Below the pieces are notes generated by a model. The model did not search any database and was not told where the DNA came from. It saw nothing but the letters and a program-made list of their open reading frames with translations. From the NCBI GenBank assembly GCA_030457765.1, contig JAKDUK010000005.1, forward strand, positions 12,484 through 76,483: a stretch of 64,000 nt of DNA, in the 5' to 3' direction. The translations under genes were made by a program, and so were the position numbers. Each line of letters begins with the position of its first letter. Position 1 is the first letter of the stretch. Origin of the DNA: Marinobacter sp. (GTDB lineage Bacteria > Pseudomonadota > Gammaproteobacteria > Pseudomonadales > Oleiphilaceae). Shown piece by piece: positions 51,321-61,405 of this stretch.

Positions 51321-54300
51321 TCAGTCACCGTCTGGCTGATGCAGAGTGCTTTGTGCTAAATCCAGCAATTCGCGCAGGGCAACGGAGAACATCGCGTATT
51401 CAGGCTCTCTTACACTTTTAAGCTCTGCCAACATGGTTTTCCAGCGATCGATCATGTGATCATGCCGCTGCATCCAGTTTTCCACACACGCCGGTACATC
51501 CTCCGGTTTACTCGCCAGGTTCAGTACCCCTGTGGTTAGTGCTCGCTGCTGCCAGCCCAGATCTTCGCGGAAGCTTTCCCGCGCCAGTGCCTGCCAATGC
51601 GATGCAGGTGTGAGGCCGGTAATTGTGGTACCAAACCAGTTGAGATCGAGAAGGTCGCCCAGTTGGTAATAAAGATTGGCAACCGTCTTCAATGGCATGC
51701 CCGTAGCCTTCTGGGCTTCGATAATACCAAGTGACGAATTCAGATAGCCGGTGCCGGACAAAACCGAAGCCAATTCTGCAGGTAATCCGACCTTCTCCAG
51801 TGCCTTGTAGCGTTTTTCCCAATCTATGCGTGCCTGGCCACCCAAATAGTCTGACAGGCCAGACGTTATAGCCCACACACTGTCGGCATAACGTTCCATT
51901 TGTCCTTCAATGCTTAACTCTGCCCGGCGGTTACGTAACAGCCACTGCACAGACCTGCGCATCAGGCGCATGAGATCCCCCATCAACTCTATTTGCAGTT
52001 CCGCCGGAATGTGGAAGTCCAGGTCTTCAACCTTGTCCCACCAGTTGTCTATTCGAAATACATCCCTGGTGACCAGCCAGGCCAACGCTATCGTTGCCGC
52101 ATCGGCACCGGTGGACTGATTCATCCTTTCCACAAAGGTGATCCCCATGTGGTTGATCATGTCGTTAGCAATCTGCGTGGCAATAATTTCCCGTCGCAGC
52201 TGATGCTCACCAAGTTCTTTTGCGAAGTTCTTGGTCAGATCCCTGGGGAATACTTTATACATTTCCCGGGCAAGTACCGGGTCGTCTGGCAAGCTGCTGT
52301 CTATCAGCGTCTGCTTCAAATCGCCCTTCACATAGGCAATCATAACCGCCAGCTCAGGCCGGGTGAGGCCTTGCTTATTCAGTTTGCGCTCGCTCAGTGC
52401 GTCATCATCTGGCAGAAACTCTAGCGCCCGGTTCAGTTTGCCTTCACTTTCAAAGGTGTTCATTAACCGGCGATATTCCTCAAGACGCGCTGCGGCGTCC
52501 TTGTTGGCAATACTGATGGCCTGGGTTTGCCGGTAGTTGTTCTTGAGCACAAGCGCCGACACATCACTGGTCATCTCTTCGAGCATAACGTTGCGCTTTT
52601 TAGCCGTGAGGTCCCCCATGGCTACGCAGCGGTTGAGCAGGATTTTCATGTTCACTTCGTGGTCTGAACAGTCAACGCCGCCGGAGTTATCAATAAAGTC
52701 GGTATTAAGTCGCCCGCCCTTCAGGGCATAATCGATGCGGCCAAGTTGGGTCATCCCCAGGTTGCCGCCCTCGCCCACAATCTTACAGCGCAAATCGCCG
52801 CCATTGATGCGCACGCCATCGTTGGCTTTATCGCCTACATCACTGTGGGACTCGCCACTGCCTTTCACGTATGTGCCTATACCACCTACCCATAGCAAAT
52901 CAACCTGAGCTTTCAGGATGTGGGCAATCAACATATTGGGTGGCACCCGATCAGAATTGATACCTAGCAACTTCTTGATTTCCGGGCTGACTGCGATGGA
53001 CTTGGCGCTCCGGTTAAACACGCCGCCGCCTTTGGAGATTAGCTTCTCGTTATAGTCTGTCCACGCCGAGCGTGGCTTTTCAAACAGACGTTTACGCTCT
53101 TTGTAGCTCTTGGCTGAATCTGGATTCGGGTCCACAAAAATGTGGATATGGTTAAATGCGGCTACCAGCCTGGTTTTCTCCGAACTGAGCAAGCCGTTAC
53201 CAAATACGTCACCGGCCATATCGCCAATACCAATAGCGGTAAATTCGTCCTCTGCCGGGTTAATACCCACTTCACGGAAATGCCGCTCTACCGATACCCA
53301 GGCACCCGAAGCGGTAATGCCCATTTTTTTATGGTCGTAACCGTTGCTGCCGCCAGACGCAAACGCATCACCCATCCAGAAGCTGTATTCCGCTGCCAAG
53401 CCATTGGCTATGTCGGAGAATGTCGCGGTGCCCTTATCGGCCGCAACAACCAGGTAGTGATCGTCAGAATCATGGCGAACCACGCGCTCTGGCGGCTGAA
53501 TGCCGGCATCCACCAGATTGTCGGTAATGTCGAGCAGGCCACGAATAAATGTTTTGTAGGCCACAATGCCTTCTGCCTGAAACGCTTCGCGATCAGAAGA
53601 ATCTGGCAGCTGTTTAGCTACAAAACCGCCCTTGGCGCCTACTGGAACAATCACCGCGTTTTTCACCTGCTGCGCCTTCACCAGGCCCAACACCTCGGTT
53701 CGATAATCCTCAAAACGATCAGACCAACGCAGGCCACCACGGGCAACCTTACCGCCCCGCAGATGAACACCTTCCACTCGCGGCGAGTACACGAAGATTT
53801 CGTACACCGGCAGGGGTAGCGGCATGTCTGGAATCCGGGAAGGATCAAACTTAACGCTGATGTATGATTTCGGCCCGCCCGCCTCGTCGTGCTGATAGTA
53901 GTTGGTGCGCAGCGTGGCCTGCATTAGCTCTAAATAGAGCCTCAGAACACGATCTTCACTGAGATTGGCCACCTCTTCCAGCCCGGCGCTAAATTCGATT
54001 TCAAGCTTTTGCTGTGCGGCCTGACACTTGCCTTCGCTTTGGAAGCGATCCGGATTGAAACGTACTTCAAAGTATTCAAGCAGAATTCGAGTGAGCCCTA
54101 CATGGTTCACCAAGGTGTTGGAAATAAAGGTTTGACTGTTGGAAAAGCGAATTTGCCGCATATACCGGGCAAAGGTGCGCAATAAAGCAATTTCTCGCCA
54201 GCTCATGTAGGAAGTAATGAGCATGCGGTTGAACGCATCGTTTTCGGCCTCGCCGTACCATACCCGGTGGAACAGTTCTTCAAATATAGGCCGAATCCTA

Positions 54301-56189
54301 TGGATATCGACTACCGTTCCGCCCTGGGCGTATAGCGTGAAATCGTGAATCCAAACGCTTTTATTGTTGCGATCGGTTACCTCAAATGGATGCTCGCCCA
54401 GCACTCTGAAGCCAAGGTTGTCGAAAATGGGCATTACGTCAGACAGTGGCAGGGGCTGGTCTGGATAGAACAGTTTGAAGTGCAGCGTACTCTCATCTTC
54501 TTCCTGCGCCCGGTAAAAGCTCATGGTCAGGTCGTTTTCAGACGACGCGGCAGAGATATGTTCCAGATCGATAGCAGCACGACGTGGCGAGAACATTTCG
54601 ATATAACTCGCCGGAAAACCCGTAGCCCAACACCGGTAAAGCTCGTTACCCTGTTCTTCACCGCAGGCCTCGGTAAGTGCTGTTGAGAGCCCATCGCGCC
54701 AGGACTGCGCAATTTCGAAAACCTTTTCGCGAATTTCGGCAATCGGCAGTGTGCGGTTATCAACCTGAGCCACCCGAATCGTAAACTGAACCCGAGCTAA
54801 TACAGACTCCGAAAAGTGCGTAACAAACTCAATGTCTTCAGCTTGCAGACTATCCATCAATACTTTTTGAACCCTCAGGCGGAGCTCAGTGGTATAGATA
54901 TCTCTTGGAAAAAACGCGAGGCAGGTAACAAACTGACCGTAAACGTCTTCGCGCATAAACAGCTCAATGCGGCGGCGCTCCTGTATATACAGGATGCTTT
55001 TGGCTACACTCAGCAGTTCGCTTTCTTCAATCTGAAATAGCTCGTCTCGAGGATAAACCGTCAGGATTTGCTCGAGCTCCTTGCCGGCGTAATCGTCAAG
55101 CAGAAACCCGGAGCGCTTAATAACATTCTGAAACTTGCGCTTAAGCAGCGGAATTTCATCTGGCCGCTCGTTGTAGGCACGGGCTGTATACAGGCCCAGA
55201 AAACGGCGCTCACCGACAACCTCACCTTTTTTATTGAATTTTTTGACCGCAATATAATCCGGATACGCGGGGCGATGCACTCTGGAGCGCTGTGCAGATT
55301 TGGCAAAAATCAGAATGTCATCGGCGCGGGTCATCTCATTGCGAGTGCGCTTGGGAAGATCATTGAGACGAACCCGCTCAGGCCGCTCATTGTTCACCCG
55401 TAATATGCCCAGCTCAGACTTTCCTACCCGGTTGGCAGTTAAGCCCGACTTGTCTTTAACGAAATCGTATTCATCATAACCAAGGAAGGTAAAATGATCG
55501 CGCAAAAGCCAGTTAAGAAACGCCTTTGCCTCGTCTTTTTGCGCACCGCTGATACCCGATGTGGCAGCATCCAGCTCTTTGATGATTTCGTTTACTTTGT
55601 CGGTGACTAACGGGAAGTCAGACACGGCAATTCGCACTTCGTGCAATACTGTTTGCAAGGTTTTCTCAAGATCTCTGAGGTCTTCTGGGTTGCTGTGCCT
55701 GTCTATTTCCAGAACGATAAACGCCTCATAGTCAGCTGATGAATGCCCTTTTTTAGCTGGCATCAGCTCTTTTAACTTTCCGGAATTATCACGTTCTACC
55801 TGCAAAATGGAGTGCTGGATAGAATGGGTTCCAATTTCCTGCTGGTTGATTGCTATGCGCAGCGAGTCAATCAGGAAGGGAATGTTCGGGTGCAAAATAA
55901 ACACAACTGTGTGGGTAGATTGCCAGCCATCACTTTCCAGATCCGGATTGAACACCGACACGGGCGTTTGTTCATCGCTGCGTTTTTGCAGAAATTGCCA
56001 GGCTGCCAATGCGGCGCCGTAGGTATCGGAAAGGCGCCGACTGAGCAACTCCTCTAACGGAATATGGGCATAATGCTGTTTAACAAATTCGCTGATTTTT
56101 TTAGCTTCGGCCTTAGCAATTTTTTTGGAAAATTCATCAGCCAAACGCTCAAAAAACTGATCTTTGCTAGCCACTGTCAGCGCATTCAT
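51321..56189 (-). CDS. gdhB: Large NAD-specific glutamate dehydrogenase
   Basis: ~1620 aa with 'ARGGLRWSDR', 'VAADKGTATFSD' and 'GYDHKKMGITA'. Confidence 0.95.
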   Translation of the reverse strand: MNALTVASKDQFFERLADEFSKKIAKAEAKKISEFVKQHYAHIPLEELLSRRLSDTYGAALAAWQFLQKRSDEQTPVSVFNPDLESDGWQSTHTVVFILHPNIPFLIDSLRIAINQQEIGTHSIQHSILQVERDNSGKLKELMPAKKGHSSADYEAFIVLEIDRHSNPEDLRDLEKTLQTVLHEVRIAVSDFPLVTDKVNEIIKELDAATSGISGAQKDEAKAFLNWLLRDHFTFLGYDEYDFVKDKSGLTANRVGKSELGILRVNNERPERVRLNDLPKRTRNEMTRADDILIFAKSAQRSRVHRPAYPDYIAVKKFNKKGEVVGERRFLGLYTARAYNERPDEIPLLKRKFQNVIKRSGFLLDDYAGKELEQILTVYPRDELFQIEESELLSVAKSILYIQERRRIELFMREDVYGQFVTCLAFFPRDIYTTELRLRVQKVLMDSLQAEDIEFVTHFSESVLARVQFTIRVAQVDNRTLPIAEIREKVFEIAQSWRDGLSTALTEACGEEQGNELYRCWATGFPASYIEMFSPRRAAIDLEHISAASSENDLTMSFYRAQEEDESTLHFKLFYPDQPLPLSDVMPIFDNLGFRVLGEHPFEVTDRNNKSVWIHDFTLYAQGGTVVDIHRIRPIFEELFHRVWYGEAENDAFNRMLITSYMSWREIALLRTFARYMRQIRFSNSQTFISNTLVNHVGLTRILLEYFEVRFNPDRFQSEGKCQAAQQKLEIEFSAGLEEVANLSEDRVLRLYLELMQATLRTNYYQHDEAGGPKSYISVKFDPSRIPDMPLPLPVYEIFVYSPRVEGVHLRGGKVARGGLRWSDRFEDYRTEVLGLVKAQQVKNAVIVPVGAKGGFVAKQLPDSSDREAFQAEGIVAYKTFIRGLLDITDNLVDAGIQPPERVVRHDSDDHYLVVAADKGTATFSDIANGLAAEYSFWMGDAFASGGSNGYDHKKMGITASGAWVSVERHFREVGINPAEDEFTAIGIGDMAGDVFGNGLLSSEKTRLVAAFNHIHIFVDPNPDSAKSYKERKRLFEKPRSAWTDYNEKLISKGGGVFNRSAKSIAVSPEIKKLLGINSDRVPPNMLIAHILKAQVDLLWVGGIGTYVKGSGESHSDVGDKANDGVRINGGDLRCKIVGEGGNLGMTQLGRIDYALKGGRLNTDFIDNSGGVDCSDHEVNMKILLNRCVAMGDLTAKKRNVMLEEMTSDVSALVLKNNYRQTQAISIANKDAAARLEEYRRLMNTFESEGKLNRALEFLPDDDALSERKLNKQGLTRPELAVMIAYVKGDLKQTLIDSSLPDDPVLAREMYKVFPRDLTKNFAKELGEHQLRREIIATQIANDMINHMGITFVERMNQSTGADAATIALAWLVTRDVFRIDNWWDKVEDLDFHIPAELQIELMGDLMRLMRRSVQWLLRNRRAELSIEGQMERYADSVWAITSGLSDYLGGQARIDWEKRYKALEKVGLPAELASVLSGTGYLNSSLGIIEAQKATGMPLKTVANLYYQLGDLLDLNWFGTTITGLTPASHWQALARESFREDLGWQQRALTTGVLNLASKPEDVPACVENWMQRHDHMIDRWKTMLAELKSVREPEYAMFSVALRELLDLAQSTLHQPDGD

Positions 56190-56247
56190 GGGCAACCTCA
56201 GATAGTGTGAAATAAACGTAATCGGGATATCGTGAGATAAGCATAGT

Positions 56248-56260
56248 CAAACCCTTGATT
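56248..56260 (-). promoter_or_regulatory. Possible IHF site between the divergent gdhB and moxR genes
   Basis: The reverse strand reads AATCAAGGGTTTG, matching WATCAANNNNTTR. Confidence 0.35.
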
Positions 56261-56319
56261 TTTGCTGCACAGACACCAAAACTGCGGCAACTACTTACGC
56301 ACGAGAGCAATCACTTCCA

Positions 56320-57282
56320 ATGTCGTTACAGCATACGTTCGGTGAGCTACGTTCACAGTTAGCAAAAAGAATTATTGGGCAAGCCAAACTGGTAGACCGC
56401 CTTCTGGTTGCATTGCTTGCCGATGGCCACCTTCTGGTTGAAGGTGCTCCCGGCCTGGCAAAAACCACTGCTATAAAAGCCTTGGCGGATCATCTCACCG
56501 GTGACTTTCACCGCATTCAGTTCACTCCAGATTTGTTGCCATCCGATGTCACCGGCAGTGAGATTTACCGTGCCGAAACCGGGCTCTTTGAATTTCAGCG
56601 GGGACCGATTTTCCATAACCTTGTGCTGGCCGATGAAATCAACCGCGCACCGGCGAAGGTACAGTCTGCCTTGCTGGAGGCCATGGGCGAACGCCAGGTA
56701 AGCGTGGGCATGCGTACCTTCCCCCTTGATCGCTTGTTTATGGTTATGGCTACCCAAAACCCCATTGAGCAAGAAGGCACCTACCCTCTGCCCGAGGCCC
56801 AACTAGACCGATTCTTGATGCACGTGGTTATTGGTTATCCCTCAGCAGAAGCAGAGCAGGCCATTCTGCACCTGGCCAGAAGCGATTACAGGCAAGGCCA
56901 GCCTGCTGCCGATATTCGCCTGACCGCAGATCAGGTATTTGAAGCCCGGGCCCAGGCAGCCGACGTGTTTATGGCTGAATCGGTTGAGCAGTATCTGCTT
57001 GCTCTGGTACTGGCAACAAGAGACCCCGGCACGTTAGACCCGGAGTTGGCACGCTGGACAGCGTTTGGCGCCAGCCCAAGAGGAACCATTGCTCTGGATC
57101 GCTGTGCCAGAGCAATGGCGTGGCTAGATGGCCGGGATTACGTAACCCCGGACGATGTTCGTGCGGTTGCATTCGACGTGCTCAGACACCGGATTCTGCT
57201 AACGTTTGAAGCCGAGGCTGAAGGCATAACCGCCGACAAAGTCATCCAACGCCTGATTGATCGTGTACCAGTAAGCGCTTGA
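56320..57282 (+). CDS. moxR: MoxR-family AAA+ ATPase
   Basis: 'GAPGLAKT', 'RIQFTPDLLPSD', 'DEINRA' and 'LPEAQLDRF'. Confidence 0.95.
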   Translation: MSLQHTFGELRSQLAKRIIGQAKLVDRLLVALLADGHLLVEGAPGLAKTTAIKALADHLTGDFHRIQFTPDLLPSDVTGSEIYRAETGLFEFQRGPIFHNLVLADEINRAPAKVQSALLEAMGERQVSVGMRTFPLDRLFMVMATQNPIEQEGTYPLPEAQLDRFLMHVVIGYPSAEAEQAILHLARSDYRQGQPAADIRLTADQVFEARAQAADVFMAESVEQYLLALVLATRDPGTLDPELARWTAFGASPRGTIALDRCARAMAWLDGRDYVTPDDVRAVAFDVLRHRILLTFEAEAEGITADKVIQRLIDRVPVSA

Positions 57283-57290
57283 GGCTGGAC

Positions 57291-58223
57291 ATGAAAGCAA
57301 CCGACAGCGATGCAACAACCCGCATCAGCCTGCAGGCACTCATCCGCCTGCAGGCTGATGCCAGGGCGCTAAAACTGCCATCGGCACGTCCGGCGCGAGC
57401 TCGACAGGCAGGGCTCCAACATTCTTCCCAGCGTGGACGTGGAATGGCGTTTGCCGAAGTACGGCTGTACCAACCGGGTGATGATATTCGCAGCATTGAC
57501 TGGCGGGTAACGGCCCGACGCCAGGCGCCTCACACCAAACTTTACGAAGAAGAACGGGAGCGCCCGGTGCTGCTACTGTGCGATCTTGGCCCTACACTTT
57601 TCTTTGCCAGTGCCGGTGCCTTCAAGCAGGTGCGTTGTGCTCAGCTTTCAGCCATTCTTGCCTGGTTATCCCTATCGGCAGGCGATCAGGTAGGCGGCAT
57701 TGTCTTTAACGGCGACACTTTAACAGTCCAGCGCCCGGCAAGGCGCAAAAAATCTGTACTGCGACTGCTCGACACAGTGGCCAGTCAGCAACGCACATCA
57801 ATAGATAGCCCGGCGTCAAAAACCACTCTTGATACGGCCCTTGGTGAAGCGCGGCGAGTTGCTCATACCGGCAGCCGTATCTTTGTGATCAGCGATTTCC
57901 TCAACATATCGGAGAAAACAACGTCGTTACTGGGTGCGCTGGCCCGCCATAACAGTGTCAGTGCACTCAGAGTTGTCGATCCGTTAGAACAGACGCTACC
58001 GCAAAGCGGCCGCTTTGCCATTGCAGGAGAAGGCGGCCCTGTGTGGTTTGATGCTTCAAACAGCAGTTTCCAACAGGCTTGGCGTAAAAAAATCACCCAT
58101 CACGAAGCTGCCCTTGAAGAATGTTTTCGTTTGTCTGGCGTCAGCGCAACCGACGTTTCAACGCAAGAAGCGCCGGCGGTAAGCCTTAAAGCCATACTCG
58201 GGCCGGGAGGACGAATCGGATGA
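57291..58223 (+). CDS. DUF58-domain protein
   Basis: 'GRGMAFAEVRLYQPGDDIRSIDWRVTAR' and 'ISDF'. Confidence 0.9.
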   Translation: MKATDSDATTRISLQALIRLQADARALKLPSARPARARQAGLQHSSQRGRGMAFAEVRLYQPGDDIRSIDWRVTARRQAPHTKLYEEERERPVLLLCDLGPTLFFASAGAFKQVRCAQLSAILAWLSLSAGDQVGGIVFNGDTLTVQRPARRKKSVLRLLDTVASQQRTSIDSPASKTTLDTALGEARRVAHTGSRIFVISDFLNISEKTTSLLGALARHNSVSALRVVDPLEQTLPQSGRFAIAGEGGPVWFDASNSSFQQAWRKKITHHEAALEECFRLSGVSATDVSTQEAPAVSLKAILGPGGRIG

Positions 58224-58690
58224 TGCCCGACGACCCTCTTAGCCAGCTTCGTGATATTCACCTGCCACAGACCGGCGGCTTTTGGCCGCCCGCACCCGGC
58301 TGGTGGATTCTGGCATTTGTGCTTCTTGCAGGCGTCGCAGCATTGATTTGGCTGGTACGCCGTCGCCACCGCCGTAACCTTTGGCTGAAGCTTGCCAAGG
58401 CTGAATTGGCCAACCTCGAACGCACGGCGGCAAAAGAACCACAATGGTTTACGCAACTGAATACGCTGCTCAAACGAGTGGCGCGCGAGCGTTACCCGAG
58501 TGAACACCCTGAGGCGCAATCTGGCGACCAATGGGCCGCCTACTTGCTACGCCGCGCCCCAGACGGCCAGACCGCACAGCAACCGGTTGTGGAAGCATTG
58601 GTAAACAGTGCCTGGCAACCAACGCCAACCGCCGAACCCGCACAAGCCCTGGATTTCGCCCATACCTGGCTGGAGGCACAAAAATGTTAA
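58220..58690 (+). CDS. DUF4381-domain membrane protein
   Basis: 'LRDIHLP...WPPAPGWW' followed by a TM helix; expected position in moxR-bat operons. Confidence 0.85.
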   Translation: MMPDDPLSQLRDIHLPQTGGFWPPAPGWWILAFVLLAGVAALIWLVRRRHRRNLWLKLAKAELANLERTAAKEPQWFTQLNTLLKRVARERYPSEHPEAQSGDQWAAYLLRRAPDGQTAQQPVVEALVNSAWQPTPTAEPAQALDFAHTWLEAQKC

Positions 58691-59712
58691 GCCTCGCCTA
58701 CCCTTGGGTACTGCTGCTAAGTTTGGTGCCCGTGCTTTTGCAGTGGAAAAAACCCACGGCGCACGCTGTAGATGCCCCAGTCTTTCCCATAGGCCACTGG
58801 CTCTCGGACTTACCGGGTGTTTCTCGTCAGGGCAACGCCGTGCCTCGCTGGCAAACTCTGTTGTTAGTACTGGCTTGGGTGTTACTGGTGCTGGCACTGG
58901 CGCGCCCGCAGCACGTGGGTGAGCAGATCCAAATGCCGGTGTCCGGACGCGATCTCATGTTGGTTGTGGATATTTCACCCAGTATGGAAGAGCAGGACAT
59001 GGTTCTTCAGGGGCGCAGCATTAATCGCTTACAGGCGGTTAAAAGAGTATTGAACGAGTTCATTGATCGCCGAAAAGGTGATCGGCTTGGCCTTATATTG
59101 TTCGGCACAGAACCCTACGTTCAAGCGCCCCTGACATTCGATCTCAAAACTCTTGAAACCCTGTTGCACGAATCAGGCATTGGCATGGCCGGGCGTGCAA
59201 CCGCTATTGGCGACGCCGTAGGCCTGGCCACCAAACGCTTGCGCGACAGACCCCAACAGCAGAGAGTTGTAGTACTGCTCACAGATGGCGCCAACACGGC
59301 CGGTGAAATTACGCCAGACAAAGCTACCGAAATAGCAGCGGCTGCTGGAGTTCGCCTTTACACCATCGGCATAGGCGCCGATTCCATGATCCAGCGCGGG
59401 CTGCTCGGCTCCCGCCGGGTAAACCCTTCCAGAGATCTGGATGAAGACTTGCTAACCCGTATGGCCCAGCAAACCGGTGGCGAATACTTTCGCGCCCGCA
59501 ACCTGCCAGAGTTGGAGATGATTTACGAAACCATCAACCAGCTTGAGCCCATTGAGCTGGATGGCAAATTCTACCGGCCAGTCACCGAACTGTTTTTCTG
59601 GCCTGCAGGCATAGCCGCAGCGCTGTGGCTTAGCCTTTTTGTTTTCCGGCGCAATACAAGCAGGCTTAATCGGGTTCGCCAACACACGGGCAGGAGCGTG
59701 AACCATGGCTGA
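58684..59712 (+). CDS. VWA-domain protein, BatA-like
   Basis: MIDAS 'DISPSM', 'TAIGDA' and 'LLTDGANTAG'; start moved to MLSLAYPW. Confidence 0.9.
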   Translation: MLSLAYPWVLLLSLVPVLLQWKKPTAHAVDAPVFPIGHWLSDLPGVSRQGNAVPRWQTLLLVLAWVLLVLALARPQHVGEQIQMPVSGRDLMLVVDISPSMEEQDMVLQGRSINRLQAVKRVLNEFIDRRKGDRLGLILFGTEPYVQAPLTFDLKTLETLLHESGIGMAGRATAIGDAVGLATKRLRDRPQQQRVVVLLTDGANTAGEITPDKATEIAAAAGVRLYTIGIGADSMIQRGLLGSRRVNPSRDLDEDLLTRMAQQTGGEYFRARNLPELEMIYETINQLEPIELDGKFYRPVTELFFWPAGIAAALWLSLFVFRRNTSRLNRVRQHTGRSVNHG

Positions 59713-61405
59713 TTTCCACTTTCTTCGCCCGCTGTGGTTACTCCTGCTTTTGGTTATACCCGCGCTCTACCTTGTACTGAGGAGCAAAGGGACGGGTAAT
59801 AGCGGCTGGTCTGGCCTGATTCCTGAACCATTTTTATCGCCGGTTATCCGGCGTTACGGCGGCGTTTCACAAAAGCCCGGCTCAAGGCTTTTCCCGGCAA
59901 TCAGCGCGGTTGTTATCCTGGCTATAGCGCTTGCGGGCCCAGCTTGGCGTGAAGCACCCACCCCTCTGAAAAAACCGGGCGATAGCCTGGTGATTGTGCT
60001 CGACCTGTCGCTCTCCATGCTGGCAACCGATCTGGAGCCAGATCGTCTTACCCGGGCAAAGCGCAAGATTCGCGATATACTCACCGTGCGTGAAGGTAGT
60101 CTAACCGGGTTAGTGGTGTATTCAGGCGATGCCCATGTCGTGACGCCCCTAACCGACGACAGCAACACGCTGGCAGGCATGCTCAATGTGCTTGACCCGG
60201 TGATCATGCCCGCTCAAGGCAATCGTTCTGATCTGGCTATCGCCAAAGCCAGCACCTTGCTGGAACAGGGTGCTCCGGGCGAGGGCCGCATTTTGCTGAT
60301 TACAGATGACGTGCCAGATCGCTACACTGGGCCCATCCTCGATTCACTTGCGGGAACCAACCACACCCTGAGCACTTTAGCTGCCGGCACCCGGGATGGC
60401 GGACCTATTCCGCTGGCCAAACGTGGTTTTATTCGGGATAACGGCAACATTGTGATCGCTCGAACAGACCCGGATAGGCTCGCAGAGCTTGCCCGCGATA
60501 CCGGCGGCACAAGCCACGAGCTAACACTGGATGACAGCGACATAGCCAGCCTGAACCTCAGCCCCGAGGAATCTGATGAATGGCAGGATACAGACAGCGG
60601 GCTCACCATAAACCGCTGGAAAGATGACGGTTACTGGCTGTTATGGCTGGCTCTGCCGTTGTTGTTACTGGGCTGGCGTCGTGGTGCTTTTACAGCCATG
60701 GCACTGATTTTATTGCCTGCGATCCCTCAGCCTGCGGCTGCCATGGACTGGGATAGCCTCTGGCAGCGGGAAGATCAAAGAGCCCCAGAGCTGATTCAAC
60801 AGGATGCCAGCAATGCAGCGAAGGTGCTTAAATCACCCGACTGGCGAGGCTCAGCGCTCTACAAAGCTGAACAATACGAACAAGCTGCCAAGGCCTTCGC
60901 CGCAACAGAATCGAGTTTGGCTGACTATAACCGCGGCAACGCCCTGGCCAAAGCAGGTAAGCTCGAAAAAGCTCTTAAGGCCTATAACAGCGCCCTGGAT
61001 CGCAGCCCGGATATGGAAGATGCCAGGGTAAACCGGCAATTGGTTGAAGACCTGCTTAACAAACAAAAAGAAGAATCTAGCCAAAAGCAGGGTGACAGCT
61101 CCGAGTCTTCTGAAAATGAATCTGACCAATCCCAGCAACAGGGGCAAAGTGAAGCTCAAGAAAAGCCGGGCGAAGAGTCACCCGCAAAGGCACAGCAAAG
61201 CGAGAGATCAAATACCTCGGACCCAGAACCTGGCAAAGAAGAAGCTCAGGCACCAGCGCCAGTATCCGAGACCCCACTGTCGCAGAGCCAGGAACAATCA
61301 CTGCGGCGGATTCCCGATAACCCTGGCGGTCTTTTACAGCGGAAGTTCCTGCAGCAATATCAGGAGCGCCAAACACCACCCGATGAGGGCGACACACCAT
61401 GGTAA
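59705..61405 (+). CDS. VWA-TPR protein, BatB/C-like
   Basis: 'FHFLRP', 'DLSLSM', 'TPLTDD', TPR 'YNRGNALAKAG', a Gln/Ser/Glu-rich linker and 'IPDNPGGLL'. Confidence 0.9.
   Translation: MADFHFLRPLWLLLLLVIPALYLVLRSKGTGNSGWSGLIPEPFLSPVIRRYGGVSQKPGSRLFPAISAVVILAIALAGPAWREAPTPLKKPGDSLVIVLDLSLSMLATDLEPDRLTRAKRKIRDILTVREGSLTGLVVYSGDAHVVTPLTDDSNTLAGMLNVLDPVIMPAQGNRSDLAIAKASTLLEQGAPGEGRILLITDDVPDRYTGPILDSLAGTNHTLSTLAAGTRDGGPIPLAKRGFIRDNGNIVIARTDPDRLAELARDTGGTSHELTLDDSDIASLNLSPEESDEWQDTDSGLTINRWKDDGYWLLWLALPLLLLGWRRGAFTAMALILLPAIPQPAAAMDWDSLWQREDQRAPELIQQDASNAAKVLKSPDWRGSALYKAEQYEQAAKAFAATESSLADYNRGNALAKAGKLEKALKAYNSALDRSPDMEDARVNRQLVEDLLNKQKEESSQKQGDSSESSENESDQSQQQGQSEAQEKPGEESPAKAQQSERSNTSDPEPGKEEAQAPAPVSETPLSQSQEQSLRRIPDNPGGLLQRKFLQQYQERQTPPDEGDTPW

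Noticed and set aside
61060-61300. Low-complexity, repeat-like DNA
   Set aside because: It encodes the usual Gln/Ser/Glu linker of BatB/C-type proteins; not a tandem array.
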